Assembly (NCBI GenBank): GCA_965242925.1
Contig: CBDEUM010000012.1
Span: 128,001-192,000, forward strand
DNA: 64,000 nucleotides
Direction of reading: 5' to 3'
Source: Roseibacillus sp.
GTDB lineage: Bacteria; Verrucomicrobiota; Verrucomicrobiia; Verrucomicrobiales; Akkermansiaceae
Shown here: positions 1-8,734 of the stretch, one piece after another
How positions within the stretch are numbered: the stretch's first letter is position 1
How the letters are laid out: each line of letters begins with the position of its first letter
Notes under the pieces: generated by a model
Seen by the model: only the letters and a program-made list of their open reading frames with translations
What the model was told of the DNA's origin: nothing
Database searches by the model: none
Translations under genes and position numbers: made by a program

Positions 1-85
1 AGGTGCGGTAGAATTGATAGATGAAGACCCAGAGAATCAGGATCTCCACCGCGCTTCGCCAGTGCTCTTGCAGGAATTCTAACAC
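1..85 (-). CDS. cdaA: 5' end of a probable diadenylate cyclase CdaA (runs off the window)
   Basis: Not in the ORF track. Manual translation from GTG at 85 gives MLEFLQEHWRSAVEILILWVFIYQFYRT..., resembling the first transmembrane helix of CdaA/DacA. It has a purine-rich upstream sequence and lies on the same strand downstream of folP, a common pairing. Only 28 codons are visible. Confidence 0.55.
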   Translation of the reverse strand, partial: MLEFLQEHWRSAVEILILWVFIYQFYRT

Positions 86-283
86 TACCTCTACCTGATC
101 CTAACGCGAAGCCTTGTTCAGGCAATGGTAATCGTCGGGGCAGGTCATTTCGGAGCTCCGGCAGCAGGCGAATGTCATCCGCCACGATCGGAAATCGGGA
201 TTTCCAGAAATTTACAAGTGAGGGCTTCTCCCTCCCCTCCTCTCCCCCTAGATTCCTCCTCACATTCCAATGCCTCCCTGCCC

Positions 284-1480
284 ATGAAGATCCTTCCGCT
301 TACCACCATTCTATCCCTCGGTCTCTACAGCATTCCCATTCACGCTGCGGACCCCAAGTTCGACGCCCAGACCATCGACCCGCAGATCGCCATTGGATAC
401 GGCCTCGCCCTTGGCGATGTCGACGGAGACGGCGACCAGGACATCCTCCTCGCCGACAAGAGCGACTTCTGGTGGTACGAAAATCCATCCTGGGAAAAGC
501 ACATCTTCCACACTTTTCACAAGGGCGGGAAGCGCACCCAGCTTCGCGACAACGTCTGTATCGCAGCTCGTGATATCGATGGAGATGGCAAGGTTGAAGT
601 AGCGGTGGGCGGCAACTGGAACCCCGGCAATACTGACAGCGAGGAACAGTCGGGATCCGTTCATTATCTCGGTTCCCTCGGCAAGGTGAAACCGGTGCAA
701 CTAGCTCATGATCCCACCACCCACCGCATGAGATGGGTCCGCACCGCCGGGAAGAAATTTGCCCTGGTGGTCCTGCCCTTGCATGGCCGCGGAAACCGGG
801 GAGGCCAGGGCAAGGGGGTCAATGTCACCGCCTACATCCCACCCGCCGATCCATCCGTTGGCAACTGGAAGACCGCCATCATCAACAACGAGCTCCACAA
901 GACTCACAATTTCGACTCCGTGGAGGCAGGTAGGAATCGCGCCGCTTCGGTCTTCTCGCCGGACAACATCGTGGTTGCAGGCGCGGAGGGCGCGAGGGCC
1001 ATTTCCTTCGCCGGGGGAAAGTGGAACTCCTCCGACCTTGCCCTCCCGGATATGAACGGCGGCGTGGGCGAAATCCGGATTGGCATTCTCAACCCAGCCT
1101 CCTACGCCTGTATTGAACCCATGCACGGGAATACGGTGGCAGTTTACGAGATGGCAGGTGGAAAGGGTGAAGCGAACAGGTGGAAACGAACTGTCCTGGA
1201 TAACTCCCTCAATCAGGGCCACGCCCTCGCATACGCCGACGTTCTCGGCACCAACAGTCTTCAGGTCATCGCCGGGTGGCGTAACAAGAACAAGGAAGGA
1301 AAGGTCGGCATCAAACTCTATGCCCGGGGCAAGGGCGGCAAGTGGAGCACCCACCTCATTGATGACAACAAGATGGCTTGCGAGGACCTCAAGGTCGCCG
1401 ACCTCAACAAGGACGGAAAACTCGACATCATCGCCTGTGGCCGAGCCACCCGGAATGTGGTGATCTACTGGAACAAGTAG
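284..1480 (+). CDS. Secreted FG-GAP/VCBS-repeat beta-propeller protein, aldos-2-ulose dehydratase (AUDH)-like
   Basis: Signal peptide MKILPLTTILSLGLYSIPIHA. Repeats GDVDGDGDQD, DIDGDGKVE, DLNKDGKLD. His-rich motifs HRMRW, HNF, EPMHGN, GHALA. Start placed at ATG 284. Confidence 0.7.
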   Translation: MKILPLTTILSLGLYSIPIHAADPKFDAQTIDPQIAIGYGLALGDVDGDGDQDILLADKSDFWWYENPSWEKHIFHTFHKGGKRTQLRDNVCIAARDIDGDGKVEVAVGGNWNPGNTDSEEQSGSVHYLGSLGKVKPVQLAHDPTTHRMRWVRTAGKKFALVVLPLHGRGNRGGQGKGVNVTAYIPPADPSVGNWKTAIINNELHKTHNFDSVEAGRNRAASVFSPDNIVVAGAEGARAISFAGGKWNSSDLALPDMNGGVGEIRIGILNPASYACIEPMHGNTVAVYEMAGGKGEANRWKRTVLDNSLNQGHALAYADVLGTNSLQVIAGWRNKNKEGKVGIKLYARGKGGKWSTHLIDDNKMACEDLKVADLNKDGKLDIIACGRATRNVVIYWNK

Positions 1481-1512
1481 TGCCATTGCCTGTGCCTACA
1501 CAGCGGGCGGCC

Positions 1513-2373
1513 TCAGGATGGATCATTGATTCCCGGCAGCCCGCCTCCAAGCACCGCCTCCGCCATGCGGAGTGCATCGTGGTTCTCCTTTACCGCGTGC
1601 ACGCGATGGAGCAGAACCCCCTGCAGACGGGCAGCAGCAGTAAGGGCCACGGTGGGCCATTCCCGAAGGACGGATGAATCGTCGCCGAGAACCTTGCCAA
1701 TGAAACTCTTGCGGGAGAGTCCGATAAGGAGCGGGCGACCGCGCACAACCAACTCGTCAAGATGACCAAGCAGGGCCAGGTTGTGTTCCAAGGTCTTCCC
1801 GAATCCAATCCCTGGATCGAAACACAGGCACTCTGCGTCGATACCAGACGCGGTGAGGGTCTCATATCGCTCCCCAAAGAAGCAGCGAACTTCTTCCGCT
1901 ACGTTGTCGTAGTGGGGACTGGCCTGCATCGTGCGTGGCTCTCCCTGCATGTGCATGGCTACAAGACCGCATCCCGATTCACCACAGATATCGATCATGC
2001 CTGCATCCCCTCGCAGACCGGATACATCGTTCACTATATCGGCGCCGGCTCCCAGGGCCTTCTGCGCCACTTCTGCTTTACTGGTATCAATCGAGATGAG
2101 CCCGTCCCACTCGGCCCGCAATGCCTCGATGATCGGAATAGTCCGGCGCAGTTCCTCGGATGTGACGACTGGATCGGCTCCCGGTCGGGTCGATTCGCCA
2201 CCCACATCGATGATCTCCGCCCCTTCCACAATCATGCTACGCGCATGCTCAAGTGCCGGGATCACTCCCTGATACCTGCCCCCATCCGAAAAGGAATCGG
2301 GAGTAACATTCAGGATGCCCATGATCATCCCCCGATCCAACCCGAGAGTGCGACTGCCAATCTTCCAAGTCAC
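1513..2373 (-). CDS. folP: Dihydropteroate synthase
   Basis: Motifs MGILNVTPDSFSDGG, DVGGESTRPG, ISIDT, DPGIGFGK, SRKSF, RVH. Confidence 0.97.
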   Translation of the reverse strand: MTWKIGSRTLGLDRGMIMGILNVTPDSFSDGGRYQGVIPALEHARSMIVEGAEIIDVGGESTRPGADPVVTSEELRRTIPIIEALRAEWDGLISIDTSKAEVAQKALGAGADIVNDVSGLRGDAGMIDICGESGCGLVAMHMQGEPRTMQASPHYDNVAEEVRCFFGERYETLTASGIDAECLCFDPGIGFGKTLEHNLALLGHLDELVVRGRPLLIGLSRKSFIGKVLGDDSSVLREWPTVALTAAARLQGVLLHRVHAVKENHDALRMAEAVLGGGLPGINDPS

Positions 2374-2514
2374 CGTCTCGCTGGACCCAAGCCCAAATCC
2401 GCCGACATGACATCAAAAATCCCTGCCATTTTACGTTAATTCCTCCAGCCATGGATCTCCGGCTGTCTGATTCGCCGTTGCTATTACATGGCCAAACAGC
2501 TATTTTTCTGGCCC

Positions 2515-3090
2515 ATGCATCCCCCGCATCGCCTCCGCATCACTGCGCTCATCCTCGCCGTGATGGGTCTCAGTCTCGGCCCCGGCCTGAGCCAGCAGAA
2601 CAAGAAAAAGTCCTTCCCCGACAAGTTCCAGGAGAAGTGGGAGAAGGAGGGCCCCAACGTGCGGATCAAGCGGCATCAGGATGGTTCGCGAACCGTCTTC
2701 CGTCGCAGTCCCGACGACCGCACGCTGGTCAAGCGCACCTGGGGAATCAACGGGGCGGTCAAGATGATCGTGGTTTACCGCCTCAACGCCCAGAAAGACC
2801 CTCTCGCCTGCAAGATCTACGACGGTCGCGAGTCGCTCCTCTACAAGGTCTCTTACGGTTACAGCAAGACCACCGGTCGACTGCAGGCCGAACGCATGTT
2901 TGATGCCCGGGCACTGCGCACCGATCCCCGCACCGGAAAGGAAACCCCCGTTCGCGTGATGTACTATAACTACGACGCCCAGGGCAATTCCACCGCTCCC
3001 GAGGTTTACACCTTCAAGGAAGGCAAGAATGCGGAGGAAGTGTTCGGCTCACACGGTACGTTTCCGCGCGACAATCCGTTCAAGCCCTGA
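2515..3090 (+). CDS. Hypothetical exported protein
   Basis: Hydrophobic N-terminus (ITALILAVMGLSLG) followed by a beta-rich Tyr/Arg/Asp body. An alternative start exists at 2488. Confidence 0.7.
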   Translation: MHPPHRLRITALILAVMGLSLGPGLSQQNKKKSFPDKFQEKWEKEGPNVRIKRHQDGSRTVFRRSPDDRTLVKRTWGINGAVKMIVVYRLNAQKDPLACKIYDGRESLLYKVSYGYSKTTGRLQAERMFDARALRTDPRTGKETPVRVMYYNYDAQGNSTAPEVYTFKEGKNAEEVFGSHGTFPRDNPFKP

Positions 3091-3112
3091 CGAACCCATC
3101 CAGCCAGAATCC

Positions 3113-4357
3113 ATGAAGGGCGTCGGCACACTTGCCTCCCTGACAGGGGCCGCGGCAGCTGCTGGCACGCTGCTGGTATTACTCAGGCCCGATTCGCAAC
3201 AATCGGCAGCAACCAAAGAGCAGGAGACCGGTCTCAGTATCGAGGCCTACGTGGAAGACACCCTTGGCCTGCGCTTCAAGACCACCCCCGAGATCCACCG
3301 GGTCGAACCAGAGGTCTCCCTCTCCAGGATCGAGGAAAATCTTGCCGCCCAGTTTGGGCCCGGGGGCCTCGCCCGGCGTTCGCGTGCCCTTGAACTCATG
3401 GGCTTCCACGAGTTCGGCGGGAGCTCCATGAGGGAGGGGTTGACAGCTCTCCAGTCGACAGGGGTCCGGGGCTGGCTGGATGAACGTGAAAACCAGCTTC
3501 TCCTTCCCAATGACTTCAACGAGAACGAGGTTGAGGATCGCAGCATCCTCCATGGCCTCCTTGCCCGCCTCCTCGTTCACCAGCACAGCCCCATGGTGAT
3601 CGGCCGACTAAGTGACGACGAGTGGATTACCCAGGCGGGTCTGCATTCCGCCATCGCGGAGTCCTTGCAGGCCAAGCTGCGAGAGGAATCCCGGGAAGCC
3701 TTTGAATTACCAACCTCCCTCGTCACCACCCGGGAAGCACTCCTGGCCAGTCTGCCCATCTATCTGGCCGCCCTCGGCGAACTCCCCCAGGAACGGGGCG
3801 TTGCCCGCATCTACCTGGAGACGAGGCTGCGCACAAAATCCCGCACCCTGCCGGGCCTGATCGAAGATCCGCCACAGAGCACCTTCGAATTGCTCGGGGG
3901 CGATCCTTCGGCCATTGCTCCGGTGACCCTTCCTGCACCTCCGGTCGGACAGGAAACCCAACTGGAAGAATCACTGGGGGCCCTGCAGATCCAGACCCTC
4001 ATCGAGTGGATCGAAAGCTACGAGCAGGCCCAGGCTCTCGCCCTGCTCTGGCGAGGAGACCGCTACCGACTCTTCGCCAACACAAGCGGCGATCACCTCC
4101 TCTGGGTCTGCCGGTGGGAGACGGAGGCCGCAGCCATCCGTGCGGCGGAGATCCTCTCCCGGCGTCACGAAAAGCCGGGCGCTCCCAGACGCTGCTTCTC
4201 TGTGATTGTTCACGGAAAGACCACGCTACTGGCCAACTGTGCCGACGATGAAACCCTGGAATCCATGACGAACCTGCAGTGGCCCACCGGGACCAGCTGG
4301 CTCCCCGGTCACCGGGACCTTCTTCTCTCCGGTGGCAACTTGTCTTCTCTACGGTAG
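3113..4357 (+). CDS. Membrane-anchored hypothetical protein, degenerate zincin-like
   Basis: N-terminal hydrophobic anchor. Motifs GLRF, ESLG, WRGDRY and WVCRWETE resemble a putative metallopeptidase family, but there is no HExxH. Confidence 0.6.
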   Translation: MKGVGTLASLTGAAAAAGTLLVLLRPDSQQSAATKEQETGLSIEAYVEDTLGLRFKTTPEIHRVEPEVSLSRIEENLAAQFGPGGLARRSRALELMGFHEFGGSSMREGLTALQSTGVRGWLDERENQLLLPNDFNENEVEDRSILHGLLARLLVHQHSPMVIGRLSDDEWITQAGLHSAIAESLQAKLREESREAFELPTSLVTTREALLASLPIYLAALGELPQERGVARIYLETRLRTKSRTLPGLIEDPPQSTFELLGGDPSAIAPVTLPAPPVGQETQLEESLGALQIQTLIEWIESYEQAQALALLWRGDRYRLFANTSGDHLLWVCRWETEAAAIRAAEILSRRHEKPGAPRRCFSVIVHGKTTLLANCADDETLESMTNLQWPTGTSWLPGHRDLLLSGGNLSSLR

Positions 4358-4392
4358 ACAGCAAAACCGATTCACGCGTAGCCTGCCGACAC

Positions 4393-4668
4393 ATGATCGC
4401 CAAGCGAGTCATCTTTTCCGGTCGGGTTCAGGGTGTGGGCTTCCGTTACACCACCAGGGAGATCGCCACCGGATTCGACGTGGTCGGGGCTGTTCGAAAC
4501 CTGCCCGACGGCACAGTGGAATTGGAGATCATGGGTGAAACCGATGAGGTGGAGGCTTACCTGGCCGAAATCACGGAAGAGAGCCCGGTGGCGCACTTTA
4601 TCAAGGAGGTGCAGATCGAAAAGATTGCTCTGCTCGAAAATGCCCGGGGATTCCGCATCACGCGCTGA
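4393..4668 (+). CDS. acyP: Acylphosphatase
   Basis: Signatures GRVQGVGFRY and VRNLPDGTVE; 91 aa. Confidence 0.95.
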   Translation: MIAKRVIFSGRVQGVGFRYTTREIATGFDVVGAVRNLPDGTVELEIMGETDEVEAYLAEITEESPVAHFIKEVQIEKIALLENARGFRITR

Positions 4669-4713
4669 TCCGTCCTCCGGACTACATCTTCATCCCTTGC
4701 AGGGACCGCTCCG

Positions 4714-5589
4714 CTATTCCTCCTCCACCACTCGATAGATTCCCTTGTCGCCGAACGACAGGACTGCCCAGGTCGTCTCCGTGCTGTCCGCCAGGGTGGA
4801 ACTCTTCTCACGCCAGCACAGATCGTTGGCGAGATATTGAATGATGTAGAATTTGCCCGGGGTGCTGGTCCATGTCAGCGATACCTCTTCGAATTCGTGA
4901 TCGTAGGTAACCTTCTTCAACTCGATAGCCTGCACCTCGACCAGTTGCGTCCGGACAGTGGAAGGATCCAAAGCGAAATTGATCAGCTGGCCTGTCCCGC
5001 TGGAAATCGAACCCCTGGCCTCGGTAATACGCGTAAAACTCTGTGATACGCATTTCAGGTCCGTGGAATCGAGATAGTCGGGAGGATCTCCACCATCCGT
5101 CGATTCGTTTCGAAATTCCACTCGCAGGCTGGGATTTGCTCCCAACGTCCCCCCGGGGAAAGAAGGAAATTCTCCCCCGTCCTCTCCCGCTACCGTGACC
5201 TTGAAAAAGTCTACCGTATCCCCGGTCACCCTCACATCCTGGATCTCAATGCTGTAAGGCGGACCTTCCGATCCGGAGACCAGCGTCCCTCGCCAGGTAT
5301 TCCCTCCAATCCTGATCCTGAGATCAATATCAATGGCATCATAGTATTCCTCCTGCTGCCAGAAGAGCTGGTCACTGAGATCGAAAAACTGCCTGAAGAC
5401 GCGTCCCTCACTCGCGTTATCGTAGCTCAGTTCGATGGAAACCGGATCCTCAATCGCTGCAACCTGAAGCAGATCCGTCCCCCGAACAAACTGCACCCTG
5501 CCGGTAGCGGTCCATTTCACTTCAGCGGCGCTCCCGCAGGCGGAACCCAGAATGAGCACACAGGAGGAAAGGGCAGCGTGGCGAAGCAT
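4714..5589 (-). CDS. Hypothetical secreted or surface protein
   Basis: Signal-like N-terminus MLRHAALSSCVLILGSACGSAA, beta-rich body, C-terminal LTWTSTPGKFYIIQY...W...YRVVEE module. Start uncertain. Confidence 0.65.
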   Translation of the reverse strand: MLRHAALSSCVLILGSACGSAAEVKWTATGRVQFVRGTDLLQVAAIEDPVSIELSYDNASEGRVFRQFFDLSDQLFWQQEEYYDAIDIDLRIRIGGNTWRGTLVSGSEGPPYSIEIQDVRVTGDTVDFFKVTVAGEDGGEFPSFPGGTLGANPSLRVEFRNESTDGGDPPDYLDSTDLKCVSQSFTRITEARGSISSGTGQLINFALDPSTVRTQLVEVQAIELKKVTYDHEFEEVSLTWTSTPGKFYIIQYLANDLCWREKSSTLADSTETTWAVLSFGDKGIYRVVEEE

Positions 5590-5661
5590 GGGCAGGGACC
5601 AGTCCGGTAACCGATGGAAGCACGACGCCCAGGTCTCTGCGAGAAATCGCTCCCACAAATC

Positions 5662-5985
5662 TCAACCGGCTGTCCCGGTCCGAACCCACTTGAGGTAGGC
5701 CTCACTTCCTGCCCCCACCGGCAGGGCCAGTAGTTCCGGCACATCGTAGGGATGAAGGGCCTGTAATTCGCGCTCCAACTCATCGAAACGCTCCGCGGTT
5801 GTCTTGAAAACAGCCAGGACTTCCGATTCGTTGCAAATCTTGCCCTCCCAGCAAAAAATGGACTCCACCGCAGGGATCAGATTCACACAGGCCGCCAGTT
5901 GCTTTTTCACCAGAAGTGTGCCAATATGTCGCGCCTGAGGGAGATCTGGGAAGGTACACAGGACCACCTGAACGTCACTCATCAC
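5662..5985 (-). CDS. cutA: Divalent-cation tolerance protein CutA
   Basis: Motifs LAACVN, SIFCWEG, E...KT, HPYDVPE, YLKW. Confidence 0.95.
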   Translation of the reverse strand: MMSDVQVVLCTFPDLPQARHIGTLLVKKQLAACVNLIPAVESIFCWEGKICNESEVLAVFKTTAERFDELERELQALHPYDVPELLALPVGAGSEAYLKWVRTGTAG

Positions 5986-6030
5986 CCTTCAATATCCAAG
6001 AACGCAGAACCGGCAACCCGGAAAGAGACC

Positions 6031-7221
6031 TTGAACAGCGGATTCATCGAGAAACTGATCGCACGACTCGATCGCCTGAGCCCCCGTCAGGTGGAAAGCC
6101 TGGTGGACCGCCTGGTGCGGGAAAGGGGATTTCTCGAAAACGTCTTCGATGCTCTCCAGGAGGGTGTCCTCATCCTGGATCCCGAGGGTGCGGTCACTTT
6201 CCTCAATGGTGCAGCCTGCGGCTTCTTCGGACTGCAGGCCGAGGAGGCGGTGGGGCAATCCCTCGACCTCCTTGTCCGAGGGCTGGATTGGACATCGCTG
6301 ATCGGGCCCGGGCGCCAGACCGTCAATCGCGATCTGGAAGTCTTCTATCCCGAGAACCGCTTTCTCAACTTCTATCTCTCACCCCTCGTGGAGGATGTGG
6401 ATGGCCAGGAGGAATTGCTGGGCTATGTCATGCTGGTCCGCGATATCACGCAGTCCCGGCGCGAGACGGAGGAAGCCATAGAAAGCGAAAAACTCAACGC
6501 CCTTACTCTGCTGGCTGCCGGGGTGGCTCACGAAATCGGTAATCCTCTCAACTCGCTCGGAATCCACCTTCAGCTTCTGGAACGCAAGGTGAGCGACCTG
6601 CCCCCGGGCGATCGCAAGAATCTCGATGAACATCTCACCACGGCACGCAACGAAATCCAACGACTCGACAGCCTGCTCAAGGAATTCCTCCACGCCATCC
6701 GCCCCACCAGTCCACTCCGCAAGACCGGCAATCTCAATAAAGTGATTGAGGATACCCTCGCCCTGCTGGCACCTGAGTTGAAGGAGAGAAACGTGAGCGT
6801 GCATCTCAAACTGGACGATCAGCTTCCCTCTTTACCCCTCGATGCCGATCAACTCAAACAGGCCTTTTTCAACCTGCTCAAGAATGCCTACCAGTCCTTG
6901 CCCGGCTCGGGCGGCGACGTACATGTCGATTCCCGGTTCAATGAATACGAAGTCGTGATCTCCGTGCAGGACAACGGCTCTGGAATTTCGCCGGAATTGA
7001 TGGGCTCCCTCTTTGAGCCCTTCCGCTCCGGTCGCAAGTCCGGCACCGGTCTCGGCCTCCTTATCGTCCGCCGCATCGTACGCGAACATGGCGGCGAGAT
7101 CGAAGTGGAAAGCGAGGAAGGGGAGGGAACTACGGTGCGTCTCTACTTCCCCAGTGTCGAAAAACGCGTCCGCCTCATCGAGGATTCCTCGCCCAAACCC
7201 AAATCCGTCATCGAAGTCTGA
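6031..7221 (+). CDS. PAS-domain sensor histidine kinase (NtrB-like, cytoplasmic)
   Basis: PAS region, H-box AHEIGNPL, N-box NLLKNA, DNGSG, GTGLGL. No transmembrane segment. Start placed at TTG 6031 to avoid overlap with cutA. Confidence 0.9.
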   Translation: MNSGFIEKLIARLDRLSPRQVESLVDRLVRERGFLENVFDALQEGVLILDPEGAVTFLNGAACGFFGLQAEEAVGQSLDLLVRGLDWTSLIGPGRQTVNRDLEVFYPENRFLNFYLSPLVEDVDGQEELLGYVMLVRDITQSRRETEEAIESEKLNALTLLAAGVAHEIGNPLNSLGIHLQLLERKVSDLPPGDRKNLDEHLTTARNEIQRLDSLLKEFLHAIRPTSPLRKTGNLNKVIEDTLALLAPELKERNVSVHLKLDDQLPSLPLDADQLKQAFFNLLKNAYQSLPGSGGDVHVDSRFNEYEVVISVQDNGSGISPELMGSLFEPFRSGRKSGTGLGLLIVRRIVREHGGEIEVESEEGEGTTVRLYFPSVEKRVRLIEDSSPKPKSVIEV

Positions 7222-7301
7222 CAACCATCTCCATTCTCCCCTTCCCTGCAGCGTGACGAACCAGTTATTCCCAGCCATCTGCCTTCCCCGTAGCAACACT
7301 C

Positions 7302-8720
7302 ATGAATCCCATCGTCCTGATAGTAGACGACGAAAAGCCAACCCGAGACGGCTTGCGCCAGGCTCTCGATGAGCGCTTCGAAGTGTACGTCGCAGCCGAC
7401 GCCCGGGAAGCCCGCCAGGTTCTCAAGAGTGAACCAGTCGATATCCTCCTCACTGATCTTCGACTCGGAACGGACTCGGGAATGGATCTCCTCGATGAAG
7501 CGCTCACCCTGACCAAACCACCCGTCTCCATCATGATGACTGCCTACGGCTCGGTCGAGACCGCGGTGGAGGCAATGCGACGGGGCGCCTGGCACTTCGT
7601 AACCAAGCCGCTGAACCTCGAAGAAGTCGAACTTCTCGTGGCCCGGGCAGCCCGTGGACGCGAAATCGAAAGCGAAAACAGACGACTCACCTCAGAAAAC
7701 CGGGAACTCAAGAAGAAGACTGCGAGCCAAAGCGCCGGCCTCGAACGACTCATCGGAAAGTCCCAGGCCCTGATGCGGATCGGAGAGATGGTAACCCAGG
7801 TCGCGCCCACTCGCGCCACAGTCCTGATCGAGGGCGAATCAGGTACGGGGAAGGAGCTTGTCGCCCACGCACTGCATGACCTGAGCGGACGTCCCGCCGA
7901 CAAGCTCGTCATCGTGAACTGCGCGGCTCTCTCCTCCCAGTTGCTTGAGTCCGAACTATTCGGTCACGAAAAAGGCGCTTTCACCAGCGCTCACCAGAGG
8001 CGCATCGGACGTCTAGAACAGGCCGATGGTGGCACGCTCTTCCTCGACGAGATCGGAGAAATTGATGCCACCACCCAGGTCAAACTCCTCCGTGTACTCT
8101 CCGAACGGACCGTCGAGCGGGTGGGTTCCAACACCTCCATTGCCGTCAATGTCAGAGTGGTGGCCGCCACCAACAGGAACCTGCGTGAACTGGTCACCAC
8201 CGGTCAGTTCCGCGAGGATCTCTTTTTCCGACTGAACGTCGTGACCATCAGGATGCCTCCCCTCCGGGACCGAACTGAAGACATCGTGCTGCTGGCCAGT
8301 TCCTTTCTGCGTGAATTCGCAGAGGAAAACGGTCGCCCCCTCAAACCACTTAGCGACGATGCCCTGAACCTTCTTCGTCACTATTCCTGGCCCGGGAATG
8401 TCCGGGAACTGCGCACTGCCATCGAGCACGGGGTAGTCATGTCCAATGAAGAGGGCATTGAACTACACCATCTCCCTGCCTTTCTCGATCAGAATACTCT
8501 CTCCATCCCCGCTGAAAACGCAGATCCCGCCAACGTGGCCGAAAAGGGCCTTGCGCCTCCCCGAGAATTTAACTTGCATGATCTTGAAATGCACGCCATT
8601 CGGAGCGCCCTGCGCCACACGAGCGGGAATCGCACCAAGGCCGCAGATTTGCTAGGCATCAGTCGGCGCACCCTGCAACGAAAACTGAAAAACCTTTCGA
8701 GCACTTCGGACGCACCCTGA
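7302..8720 (+). CDS. Sigma-54-dependent response regulator (NtrC family)
   Basis: Receiver domain (VDDE, D, TAYG, KP), Walker [38 protein letters not shown] and a Fis-type HTH. Confidence 0.95.
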   Translation: MNPIVLIVDDEKPTRDGLRQALDERFEVYVAADAREARQVLKSEPVDILLTDLRLGTDSGMDLLDEALTLTKPPVSIMMTAYGSVETAVEAMRRGAWHFVTKPLNLEEVELLVARAARGREIESENRRLTSENRELKKKTASQSAGLERLIGKSQALMRIGEMVTQVAPTRATVLIEGESGTGKELVAHALHDLSGRPADKLVIVNCAALSSQLLESELFGHEKGAFTSAHQRRIGRLEQADGGTLFLDEIGEIDATTQVKLLRVLSERTVERVGSNTSIAVNVRVVAATNRNLRELVTTGQFREDLFFRLNVVTIRMPPLRDRTEDIVLLASSFLREFAEENGRPLKPLSDDALNLLRHYSWPGNVRELRTAIEHGVVMSNEEGIELHHLPAFLDQNTLSIPAENADPANVAEKGLAPPREFNLHDLEMHAIRSALRHTSGNRTKAADLLGISRRTLQRKLKNLSSTSDAP

Positions 8721-8734
8721 TTTAAACCCGCATC

